From IMG/VR virus record IMGVR_UViG_3300042402_003259, positions 1 to 64,000 of that record: a stretch of 64,000 nucleotides of DNA; one strand, 5' to 3'. The notes beneath the pieces were generated by a model. It was given only the letters and a program-made list of their open reading frames with translations, was not told where the DNA came from and did not search any database. Positions 19,380-28,591 of this stretch are shown here, one piece after another (position 1 is the stretch's first letter; the number at the start of each line of letters is the position of its first letter). The position numbers and the translations under genes were made by a program. Source of the DNA: a virus.

Positions 19380-19963
19380 TGGTGCAATCGGCGGGGAACG
19401 ATCCCGCGACTCACAGATTAAACCTACCACTATAGTTTTCACTACCAGTAGAATGTTGTTACATAATTGATTGAATACTAATTACCAATTACTAAACTTC
19501 ATTGGATACAGATTTCTCCCTACTACTGTTTGTGGTCTGGACTATGCCTTTATCATAATTAGCTGTCAGGGGTTCCTCTCTTGCGAGTTTAGCTTACCCG
19601 ACGATTCTCATGCCTTTACCGTGCTAATTTTAGATAGGTGATTATAGTCTCTACACGTTTTTTATTATGAGGCTATAGAATTTATCACAATTAAGTGGCT
19701 AGACGGGTAGCCTAGCAATCATGGTAGGTCACTATTGCGCCTATTTACCCACAATCCTTTCTTCTATTATTTCTCTAGCGTTTGCCTAAAACTTCGCTCG
19801 GCGTTGGGGGCATATATTTACATATTGCAGATTCTTTTGAAATCTGTCATTGCTACCCGTTCACCGAATTTACACCTTACTCATGCACAGTTTCCTATAC
19901 ATGGACCCTTGTTATCTTGCGATAACATCAAGTCTGTTGCTCTACCAACTGAGCTACGATTGC
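19380..19963 (-). tRNA. tRNA-Lys(UUU) interrupted by a group I intron (exons 19963-19931 and 19422-19380)
   Basis: Spliced: GCAATCG TA GCTC...ACAGA CT|TTTAA TCTGT...CGATTGC A CCA. Confidence 0.92.
19423..19930 (-). mobile_element. group I intron (508 nt, ORF-less) at tRNA-Lys position 33/34
   Basis: Same P/Q/R/S core blocks as the tRNA-Leu intron, IGS GGUC, terminal G, larger P6 and P9 insertions. Confidence 0.92.
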
Positions 19964-20019
19964 ATTTTAAAGAACTTCAACATCCTACTTTAGTATGTTG
20001 CCTTTGTCAAGGGGAAACT

Positions 20020-20092
20020 TAGCGGGTATCGGATTCGAACCGATGATCTTCACGTTATGAGCGTGACGAGATGACCTCTTCTCCAACCCGCA
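20020..20092 (-). tRNA. tRNA-fMet(CAU)-like initiator; no encoded CCA
   Basis: Unpaired 1:72 (T:T), GAG/CTC D-stem, loop CTCATAA; anticodon stem TCACG lacks the 3 G-C pairs. Confidence 0.8.
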
Positions 20093-20148
20093 AAATTTAA
20101 AGAACGCGATCAATTTACCATACTTTCACTGATTGTCAAGGGGGAAAT

Positions 20149-20223
20149 TGGAGCCTCGCCAGAGACTTCAACTCTGCTCTGAGGTTTACAAAACCCCTGC
20201 ATCGGCATCTATGCTTGCGAGGC
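20149..20223 (-). tRNA. tRNA-Thr(UGU), atypical D/T loops
   Basis: GCCTCGC/GCGAGGC, loop TTTGTAA, T loop TTGAAGT, CCA. Confidence 0.85.
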
Positions 20224-20241
20224 ACACTTAAATATTATACA

Positions 20242-21171
20242 CTATTTCTTCACACCTTCTAATACTTTACATCCATTTGCAGTAATATATCTAACATTAT
20301 CAATACTAATAAACCCTTTACGAATAAGATACAATTCAAAATCCCTTTGAATCGCGGTTCTTGACAAACCAGTTTTTGCAGCGAGCATAGAAAGAGTACA
20401 GTTACCTTCTTTACGCAAAATATTTAGTATCTGCCACTCAATTCTATTCAAACCGTAAGGAAGAATATCAAGAATATAAAACAACTTCTCAGCATCTTCT
20501 TTGGTAAATCGCGTGATCTCAAATCGATCAGCATAAAGCTTGACTTCTTTGGCGCGAAGCACACAAGAACGTGCATTGCCTCGGGAAGTTTCAGATAACA
20601 TTGATAGAGCTTCTTCATCAAACTCAATATTTGGTAGAGCTTTTTGAAAGATTTGCCTCAATTCATTTGTATTGTAATCTGCAAATTCAATCGTCGTCAA
20701 TCGATCACGCAACGGAATAAATAGCTTATCTGATTCAGTTGTCGCGAATATAAAATGATGCTTCTTGAAATTGAAGATATAATTTGCTTTGCCAGCATTA
20801 TAATCAATTACATGATCTTTCTCTGTAGAGAGAATAGATAGCAATGCGTAAGTAAAGTCTCTTGGCAGACAATGAGCTTCATCAAAGAAACAAATAATTT
20901 CTTGATCTTGAATGTGGGGCAGAAAAACTTGTTCGAAAAACTGATTCCCCGATTTAATACTAGAGCTATTTAGCTCAAGCAGTGGCTTATTGACTCCGGT
21001 GGTGTTATAAATGTTCTTGGCAAATTCGCGAACAAATGCAGTCTTGCCTAGACCTTTTGCGCCAACGAAATTCAAAAACGGTACAAGTTCAGTCTTAGCA
21101 TGAGCTTCCAAATAAAATGAAAGCTTGCGTTTGACTTCTTCTTGACCAACAAGTTCAGCGAAGTAGTTCAT
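20242..21171 (-). CDS. ruvB: Holliday junction branch-migration helicase RuvB-like
   Basis: GAKGLGKT Walker A, FFDEAH Walker B, ATTE...PLRDR, SRGNAR, C-terminal wHTH (E.YLI.KGFI). Confidence 0.88.
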   Translation of the reverse strand: MNYFAELVGQEEVKRKLSFYLEAHAKTELVPFLNFVGAKGLGKTAFVREFAKNIYNTTGVNKPLLELNSSSIKSGNQFFEQVFLPHIQDQEIICFFDEAHCLPRDFTYALLSILSTEKDHVIDYNAGKANYIFNFKKHHFIFATTESDKLFIPLRDRLTTIEFADYNTNELRQIFQKALPNIEFDEEALSMLSETSRGNARSCVLRAKEVKLYADRFEITRFTKEDAEKLFYILDILPYGLNRIEWQILNILRKEGNCTLSMLAAKTGLSRTAIQRDFELYLIRKGFISIDNVRYITANGCKVLEGVKK

Positions 21172-21422
21172 TACTGGGTGATAGTGAACTCTGCAACAGG
21201 CTCCTCGTCAAGCTGATTCTGAATCTCTTGAGGAAGTGAATCGCCATCTTGCGCTGAAGCTACAGGCACGTTCTGGTACTTATTGTACCAAACGCGACCA
21301 ACAACAACAGTGGCGTTCGCATCGTTGTTAAGCTTCGCGAGAAGCTCGCCCAACGTGATTTCAACAGTGGAGGTCGCTCCCTTGGGACGACCACGACCAA
21401 TCTTGGGTGATGGATTTTCCAT
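21171..21422 (-). CDS. small AT-hook DNA-binding protein
   Basis: KIGRGRPKG; start at ATG 21422 just after TTGACA-N16-TAAAGT. Confidence 0.7.
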   Translation of the reverse strand: MENPSPKIGRGRPKGATSTVEITLGELLAKLNNDANATVVVGRVWYNKYQNVPVASAQDGDSLPQEIQNQLDEEPVAEFTITQ

Positions 21423-21502
21423 ACGCGACCACTTTATCAGGTTTTTAGGTGCTGTCAAGGGGCTTCGCAAGATTTTTTGAGAAAAATGAGAGGGTGGGGA
21501 CG

Positions 21503-21617
21503 AAAAAAGACCCGATATCAAACACAAGCTTGATGCGCTTCGGGTCTTACTGTTTTTTAATCAATAGATCAAAGTTTGAACAGTTTATATTTGCGCTACT
21601 ATATATTACACTATTTA
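21503..21617 (-). ncRNA. candidate small RNA (GTGTAA-type promoter, hairpin, terminator)
   Basis: TAAATAGTGTAATATATAGTA, then ACTGTT/AACAGT hairpin and AAGACCCGA/TCGGGTCTT-T-tract; no ORF. Confidence 0.4.
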
Positions 21618-21831
21618 TTCTTCTTCACGACAATTATCTTCTTCATCGTCTGAAAAATTATTATCTATTTCATCAGCATAATCTTCATAGCAGAACACGC
21701 AAACAAATTTCTTACCAACTTTTTGGTAATCGTCATTCTCAGTGTCGATAAATTCGCTACAGTATAAACATTTTTTCATACTTATATTCTAATTGTACAT
21801 ATCATAACAGAAAATGTGAAAAAATAAAATA

Positions 21832-22092
21832 TTATTCTTCACTATTTTCATCGTATAGATCTGTATACATATCAAAAATAATTACTTTGTCCTCGCATTG
21901 TTCTAAATAACCTTCGTCACTTAAAAATTTAATTACATGATTGCGACAGGAATCATCTTGAGAATCGCACTCAAATGGATGCTTTAACGTCATTAGTTTT
22001 TTATTAAAACAAATGATATTATGATTACGAAACTGTAATTTAAAAAGGGGATCGAAGTTTTCTTCGTCCCCTATTAGTTCTTTAAGATTCAT
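21832..22092 (-). CDS. hypothetical protein
   Basis: 86-aa ORF in operon. Confidence 0.65.
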   Translation of the reverse strand: MNLKELIGDEENFDPLFKLQFRNHNIICFNKKLMTLKHPFECDSQDDSCRNHVIKFLSDEGYLEQCEDKVIIFDMYTDLYDENSEE

Positions 22093-22355
22093 TTCTTTAT
22101 AAATCTATTATACACAAGTTTACCTAAATTGGCGGCAAACTTTCTAGCTTTCTTTTCAGGCAGTTCAAAAAGATGTGCATGAAAGACTTCTTCGATCAAT
22201 ACATTAAGTTGGCGGCGAGTCAATAATGTTGGATCAATTAAAATTTGAGGATCATCAGTATCAGGAGAATCACACAAACCAGAAGCGTGAAATCTTGTAG
22301 GCGGTTTATTATAATTAACTGTGTATTCTACACCCTCAAAATTCTTGAATTTCAT
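22089..22355 (-). CDS. small zincin-like protein (EEVFH in place of HExxH)
   Basis: G.C......I.ID......L.VLIEEVFHA pattern. Confidence 0.55.
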   Translation of the reverse strand: MKFKNFEGVEYTVNYNKPPTRFHASGLCDSPDTDDPQILIDPTLLTRRQLNVLIEEVFHAHLFELPEKKARKFAANLGKLVYNRFIKK

Positions 22356-22358
22356 AAT

Positions 22359-22730
22359 TTAATTTTTAGGCCATCCACCTGCCCAATAATTATCTCCATA
22401 ATGTATGAAGATTTCTTCGCCAGCATTGATCTTTCTTGAAGCATGAATGTAAATACCCTTTTTAGAAGTTGACCAATGAGCGTTATTATTATCGCTATGA
22501 TTGTATAAAGATATATAACCTAACGCAATAACATAGTTGTTTTCCCCTTGAGGAAATGAAAAAACTATCTTTCTCAAATCTTCAGGAGTTTCTTTCCATT
22601 GACTTTTCCAACAACTACTAAATGGAGAATGTTCTATAATTACTTGAGGAGCTATGTCTATCTTGGTGAATACGCCAAGACCTAGTGGAGTATCTTTAAT
22701 TTCTAAAAAAGAAGAAATAAAATAATTCAT
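22359..22730 (-). CDS. SET-domain lysine methyltransferase
   Basis: GLGVFT, SLYNHS..NA, A.RKI.AGEEIFIHYG..YW. Confidence 0.92.
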   Translation of the reverse strand: MNYFISSFLEIKDTPLGLGVFTKIDIAPQVIIEHSPFSSCWKSQWKETPEDLRKIVFSFPQGENNYVIALGYISLYNHSDNNNAHWSTSKKGIYIHASRKINAGEEIFIHYGDNYWAGGWPKN

Positions 22731-23797
22731 TTTAAAAATTCTTTTAACTTTTTCTGATTCTCTGCGTTTAATATTATAAAGTCAGACCAAGGTTTTCCAT
22801 ATCTCAGTATCTGCCAACACCATCTTAATCTCTCTGACCAACCTAGCGTTCTACCACTCAATCCTCTTTCAAATAAACTTAAGCATACTTCTTCATCATC
22901 GAACTTCTCAACAAGAAGCCCATGACTATAACAATCGCAAATAAGAAACTCAGAGTCTTTTTCTTCTTTCACTTTATCATTAAAAAATTATGTACTCGCC
23001 AGACTCTACTAGATAAAAAGCACAAAGCTTTGTATACTTTATCGCAAATAAATTTAAGAATCTTATTGTATGGATTCAAGAAATACTTATATCGACGAGT
23101 TTTTCTAAATTCGTCCCATTCTCGTAATTTATTATGGAATTCTATGTCTTTTTTTTTGCGTTCGCCATTTGCGGTGGCTTCGAAAGTAGTTAATTTAATA
23201 TCTTTTATTTTACCGTCAATAAATACAGCATCATATACAATCCAGTAATCATAATCAGTTTTATTCGAACTAAAAAAATCATAAAATTGTACTGTGCAAG
23301 TTTTATTTACAGATTCAAGCCATGTCTTTTTAGTTTTTATATGTCCTACTTTATCTAAAAAGCCTTTGGCATTTGGATCTCCTTCTACCCATTCTGTTTC
23401 GCGGCGTTCAATAAATAATTGACCGTTCTCGTCGATGATATAAATATCTAACGCGCAATCAAAATCTTTAGTTTGAAAGCCGTGCGAGCCAGTATAACCT
23501 TTTGGTTCATCTGGCATTGGCAAAAAACATTTGCATTCTATACTGTCATACATTCCCATCTTAATTGCCTCCTTTATCAACTTTATAATCCATTATGTCC
23601 TCAAAGAATTTGCGAAATGCTAAATAGTCTTGATGATCTGCGTCATTCATGCCTTTAACATCTACACGATTTAAATAATCGCAAATAACGCCATCATAAT
23701 AAGATGGAATAATAATATTCTTTCCATCGTATTTTAGATCATCGCTTTGAATAACAATCTTCTCGTTAGGATTCTTCATGTATAAATCTTTCTTCAT
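22727..23797 (-). other. hypothetical CDSs 22727-22972, 22969-~23560 (MGMYD family), 23561-23797
   Basis: Co-oriented ORFs; MGMYD...FQTKD motif. Confidence 0.7.
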
Positions 23798-23834
23798 TAC
23801 GGTTATGATATTCTAGCCTCAGATATAGTCAAGG

Positions 23835-24227
23835 TTAATTTGACAATTTTTCAATATTACCCTCACTATCTGAATAAAAAACTTCTTCGACATTGTAAGA
23901 CTTAAGCAAACTCAAACAACCGGGACACGGTTTACTGTTTGCCAATCGTCCTTTTCTATCAACTCTAAGTACGATCATAGAATGATCGTTAAGATCTTCA
24001 AGACCTGATTTTAAAATGACATCTAATTCAGCATGAGTGCCAACATATCCATCGTGATATGGATGTTTAGATATTTCAGGGTGAGTTCTTTTTCTATTCC
24101 AACCAATTTTTACTATCTTGTTCTTTTTAACAAGAAAAGCTACATGAGAATTATTAACATTCTTCCAATTAGTAGGGCATAGAGCGTGAGCAGTTTCAAC
24201 TGCTCTCTTTAATATTCGCGGCTTCAT
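23835..24227 (-). CDS. zinc-dependent cytidine/dCMP deaminase-like protein
   Basis: HAE...SKPCPGC. Confidence 0.85.
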   Translation of the reverse strand: MKPRILKRAVETAHALCPTNWKNVNNSHVAFLVKKNKIVKIGWNRKRTHPEISKHPYHDGYVGTHAELDVILKSGLEDLNDHSMIVLRVDRKGRLANSKPCPGCLSLLKSYNVEEVFYSDSEGNIEKLSN

Positions 24228-24521
24228 TCATCGCCAAGTACGATGCGCTTCAGCAATATATTCGCCAGAAGTATCGGACATTATTTTCCAACCTATATCA
24301 TTAGGTATTTCAATAATCTTTAAAGTAGTATATAAACCATTAGCCTTTTTGCCAAGCTTTTCTACAGCTTCCACAAGTAAAGGATTACATCTATCATTAT
24401 CAAAAGCATAAGCATTTATTTCTGACTTAGCTTTTACGCTCTTTATATTTTTTTGAATATACAGTATAGCATCGCGACTTATAGCAAAATTACTATGAGA
24501 AGTATTAATTACGACTTGCAT
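24228..24521 (-). CDS. conserved phage hypothetical protein, paralog of 15196-15543
   Basis: VVIN...DR.NPLLVEAVEKLG..AN..YT.LKIIEIP. Confidence 0.75.
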   Translation of the reverse strand: MQVVINTSHSNFAISRDAILYIQKNIKSVKAKSEINAYAFDNDRCNPLLVEAVEKLGKKANGLYTTLKIIEIPNDIGWKIMSDTSGEYIAEAHRTWR

Positions 24522-24825
24522 ACATTGATATCAGTTTTTCGAGTTCATCACAGACAGTTTTGATATCCGCAGTTATCTGTGCTGGAACAATTCCAGCTTC
24601 AGTCATAGTGCGTTCATCTTTTCCCGTGCGCCAATCGTTGAATGCGCGAAGGCGTTCTATAGCTTTTTCAATCATGATTTGTAGATACGGTAATGACGTT
24701 GACAGTTATACCTGCTTTGCCGTCATATTTAGCACCATAATGACGCTTAGATTCCAGAAAGTCAAGGAGATCTTTTTGAATTTTTTCAGCGTCTTCACGA
24801 CTAAAACCTTTTGGAAGATTTAAAG

Positions 24826-25185
24826 TTAAATAAAAATTTGGTTGATGCATAACTTATAGATTATCCAGATAGTAAATATGTGCCAAACATTGTCAACAAC
24901 AATTAATGACCAAGGGGCAAACGGAGGTTTGGTAAAATTTGTTTGCCCAATTTTTTTCATATACCAAGGAATTAGTTGCCATCTGTCTTGTATATAATGT
25001 GTTACAAATAGAACAGTAAATACTTTAACGTTCCATATATCACCCATTACGCAAACCAACGTCGCCCATATAAAACAATGTAGGGCGCAAATTAAACTCT
25101 TCTTTTTCTTATTCTCAGCAATAAAATCGAATTGCAGAAGATAATCTGCAATAAGATGTCCTATAATTGCTGAAGTTAAGTCCAT
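24826..25185 (-). CDS. DUF3307 membrane protein
   Basis: GHLIADYLLQ...H...TH..QD...DN.WH. Confidence 0.85.
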   Translation of the reverse strand: MDLTSAIIGHLIADYLLQFDFIAENKKKKSLICALHCFIWATLVCVMGDIWNVKVFTVLFVTHYIQDRWQLIPWYMKKIGQTNFTKPPFAPWSLIVVDNVWHIFTIWIIYKLCINQIFI

Positions 25186-26383
25186 TACATTCTCTGTTCT
25201 AATTCTTCTATACTACCACACTCGTTATAAATATAATCAAACAACCAATCTTCGGCGTATATTGTTACGTTCAATTCTTTAACAAGATCATCGTAGAGTT
25301 TATGTTGTTTTTCTGTCAGATCTCGAATTTCGTCGCGAGTCTTGATTAAAAGTTCGATTTGTTGAGGTGTGAATTTCATTTCCAAATCACTTGAAGTGTA
25401 ACTATAATACCGCACAGACATAATAATGTCAACGTTTTTAAACTTAATTTTTCACCAAAATGAAAAGAAGTTAAAAACGTAAATAATATGATGCCTATCG
25501 TAAAAGTTAATATTCTATTAGGCCAAATCAAACCATTAAAATGTTCATTAATTAATTTGATGGCGCGAATAGATATTAGTGTAGTTGGTACGCTAATAAA
25601 TATTAGATAGTATTCATACTTCTTGAACCATTCAGATAAGAATTGTCCATGAATCTGATACCATCCAATAACATAAACTAAACTAAGAAGTAATATTGCT
25701 AAAAATAATTTCATTTAGATCCACAAAATATCCATGTGTTCTACAAATAATTGTAAACCTTGTGTCTTACGTTCGTTGTATTGCTCGCATTTCTTCATGT
25801 ATTCATCCCAAGCTACTTTTTCTTCAATAGTTTTTTCTCTATTAAAGTAGTTTTTATCTTTAAGATCCCATTTAGTTGATGACTCTGGAAAAGGTAAATA
25901 CTTATCAGGATCAATAATATAATCAAAAGCAAAAATAATTTCATCCATGATGCGATCAATTTCTTTTTCAGCGATTTTTTCTGCTTTTCGCTGATCTTCT
26001 TCTGACAAAGAAGTATAGTCGTTAGGCAAAAATTTCATTGGAATACCCATTTTGCCTATCTTCTTGAGATATTGCAGACGAGGAACAATAAATTTAGCAA
26101 TATTAGTTTCTAAAGAAAAAACATCATCATCAGAAACTCCATAACGAAACTTCTGATACTTACACTTTGCCCACCAACGCAATTCACACCAATTATGTTT
26201 GAAGCCCCATCCAAGTCGATAAGGCAGAAGATCAATAAGTTTGTCTACATATTTATTATATGTATAATAATTATTATCTTCTGGAAACAACTTATTTAAT
26301 TCAGCTTCTTGATCATGCCAATGTTTAAGGCGTTTTTCTTTTTGTTCTGGCGTTTCGAAATCAAATTCAGTTTGATAGCTCAT
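25185..26383 (-). other. hypothetical CDSs 25185-~25379, 25376-25714 (4-TM membrane protein), 25715-26383
   Basis: Coupled ORFs. Confidence 0.7.
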
Positions 26384-26763
26384 AGTGTTTTATTATAGTT
26401 TTCTATATAAGATTCAATATTCTTTTTACCAACAGGATTCATGCTATGCACGACATAAGGTGGATGTTTGATATTCTTTTCAAAAAAACAATAAGCTACC
26501 AACCATTTGGCGCAATCATATCCAGTCTTTTCTTTATAAGAATCATAAGGAATATCATCGTTATTTAATCCATGCCCATAATGAGAATCTGCTAGATCGT
26601 GATCGTAGCAGACGAACTTGGGAACTCCTCTAAGAGTTATTAAGTCTACAAATTCCTTGTAGTTTCGTACAACAGAATAATGTTGATCGATTGGTACATT
26701 AGCCCAAGTTACATCGGTTGGGATGCGAATGTCATCAAGGAATAAATTATATTTACTTATCAT
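26380..26763 (-). CDS. cyclic-phosphate-processing receiver-domain protein
   Basis: LFLDD.R, YDHDL, TGYDCAKWL, HSMNPVG. Confidence 0.85.
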   Translation of the reverse strand: MISKYNLFLDDIRIPTDVTWANVPIDQHYSVVRNYKEFVDLITLRGVPKFVCYDHDLADSHYGHGLNNDDIPYDSYKEKTGYDCAKWLVAYCFFEKNIKHPPYVVHSMNPVGKKNIESYIENYNKTL

Positions 26764-27449
26764 AGTTCGAATGCGGCGATTGTATGCTCAAAAGGATTAC
26801 CTTCAATATTCTTTACTAGACGCAACATCTCGGCGGCAATTTCTCTAATCTCTTTTTGAGCGTCAGGCTTGTTACGCAAACTCAAGAAATGATAGAAAGA
26901 ACGCCAATTAAACATAACATCAGCCTGAATTTGAGAGTTATAAGTCTTGAAATAACGAGCAGATTCCTTGGCTCGCTTGCGACCAAGCACAGGCTCAAGA
27001 TCCTTCAGAGCGGCATGATATAATCTGTTGCCAGCTTGCGTATACATTTCTAACACATCGGCCCAATTTTTGCCGGGAAAATTAAGTTGACTATTTACGT
27101 CAAGATTATTCGTGACTTCAATATTTTTCCAATCATCAGGAATCAAATACTTATCTTCTTTAATTTCTTTATAACGAGCGGATTCGCCATTAACAGATGT
27201 TCCAACTCGGTGTTTTATAATATGAATGTGACTAGCAATATCTGTATCAACTAAGAAGTGAAGAGAAGATTTTTCAAAAGGTGTGTGATGACCTGCATCA
27301 GCGAGCATTTTAAGAAGTTTAGGAATTCTATTAATCTTATCTTCATTTAAATCTCTACTTGTAGAAGTCCAAGCTGAACAAGCATGAACTTGATCGCTAC
27401 CGTAATAGCCAATTAACTGTACTTTATTATCATTCTTATCGTTAATCAT
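26760..27449 (-). CDS. thyX: FAD-dependent thymidylate synthase
   Basis: GHHTPFE, KHR..S.NGESARY, LRNKPDAQKEIR. Confidence 0.95.
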   Translation of the reverse strand: MINDKNDNKVQLIGYYGSDQVHACSAWTSTSRDLNEDKINRIPKLLKMLADAGHHTPFEKSSLHFLVDTDIASHIHIIKHRVGTSVNGESARYKEIKEDKYLIPDDWKNIEVTNNLDVNSQLNFPGKNWADVLEMYTQAGNRLYHAALKDLEPVLGRKRAKESARYFKTYNSQIQADVMFNWRSFYHFLSLRNKPDAQKEIREIAAEMLRLVKNIEGNPFEHTIAAFEL

Positions 27450-28216
27450 ATATCTAAAAATTTTTTAATTTCTAACTTACCGTTGCTGATAACTATATAC
27501 TCATTTAGTCCATTGTCAATACAAAGATTATCGCAATCTGCTGGATTCAGATTGCCATCTAAATGATGAGGATTAACTCTACCATTTTTATGATAAGTGT
27601 GACCAACGATTTGTTTTAATCCTTCAATAGGCTGAAACTCTTGTTTGAAATCTAACCAAACAATTCCTCCACCTTTCTTAGGACCACCTCGGCTTCGGCC
27701 AGCAAAATAAAACCAATGATTTTGATCTGTCATTAAAGCAATGTTTGCGCGTTCTACTTCTTTCACAAGAAATAAACTGAGATCATCGTTATTTTTAACA
27801 GATGGATCTATGTAATCAGGAAATAATCCTGCATGAGTGCAAAGGATACCATCAACCCAAAAACGCCATTTAAATTTGTTAATGATGTTTTTGCGTTCAG
27901 ATCCTAGCATTTCATCGATGGCAAAATACTTTCTATCTTCATAACCGCTACACATCGTATAATGATTATTAAATAGATAATGCAAATCATGATTACCAAA
28001 AAGAGTATAGTTATTTGGCGCAGATAGATATCGCATCAAATAATCAGCGGTCTTTTTATAATCATCATTGTCATCCAAATAAAAACTATCAAACCAATCG
28101 CCAAGACAAATATTTATGTCCGCCGATTCGTGCTGAATAATCTTATTGAACTTCTCAACGTTATTGTGAAGATCAGAAAGTATTACTATTTTCTTTTTGT
28201 GACTATCGAATGTCAT
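27446..28216 (-). CDS. calcineurin-like metallophosphoesterase
   Basis: SDLH, LGDWFD, GNHD, THAG, VGHT. Confidence 0.92.
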   Translation of the reverse strand: MTFDSHKKKIVILSDLHNNVEKFNKIIQHESADINICLGDWFDSFYLDDNDDYKKTADYLMRYLSAPNNYTLFGNHDLHYLFNNHYTMCSGYEDRKYFAIDEMLGSERKNIINKFKWRFWVDGILCTHAGLFPDYIDPSVKNNDDLSLFLVKEVERANIALMTDQNHWFYFAGRSRGGPKKGGGIVWLDFKQEFQPIEGLKQIVGHTYHKNGRVNPHHLDGNLNPADCDNLCIDNGLNEYIVISNGKLEIKKFLDI

Positions 28217-28580
28217 TTCTAAATTGTGTTTTAAAAGGATCAATCGTTGGTTTGCTGATCATGATTCTTGTATCAGTTTCGTTTTCTTTAACTTCTAACC
28301 ATTTGACTTCAAAGTCGCCTTTTTCATTTCCACTCATTTCTAGCGTTCGATCATTAACATGAAAAATAATACCGTGGACATGGAGCTTAGTAATGGGCAT
28401 ACTAGTTCCTAATCCAACGTTATCTGATCCTCCAATACCAAGATTGCCATTATTAAGTGAAAAATCTTTTGACGGTTGAATATTCTCTTCTGCTTTGATT
28501 AGAGATGGAGTCGCTGCTGCCGCTACAAAACCGCCAAATATAGATTTAAAGAATCCCTTACGAGTAAATTTCATACTCAT
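28203..28580 (-). CDS. exported protein with Tat-like signal and fibre-type GNxGIG repeat
   Basis: TRKGFFKS...AAAA; NGNLGIG..NVGLGTSMP..KLHV. Confidence 0.6.
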   Translation of the reverse strand: MSMKFTRKGFFKSIFGGFVAAAATPSLIKAEENIQPSKDFSLNNGNLGIGGSDNVGLGTSMPITKLHVHGIIFHVNDRTLEMSGNEKGDFEVKWLEVKENETDTRIMISKPTIDPFKTQFRNDIR

Positions 28581-28591
28581 ATAATATAACT

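Noticed and set aside
18441-19930. Shared sequence blocks as CRISPR repeats or a DGR TR/VR pair
   Set aside because: The blocks are group I core elements in two copies; no periodic spacers, no adenine-specific mismatches, no reverse transcriptase in the window
19735-20022. Plus-strand 95-aa ORF as an intron-encoded endonuclease
   Set aside because: Antisense to the intron and tRNA; no LAGLIDADG, HNH or GIY-YIG motif
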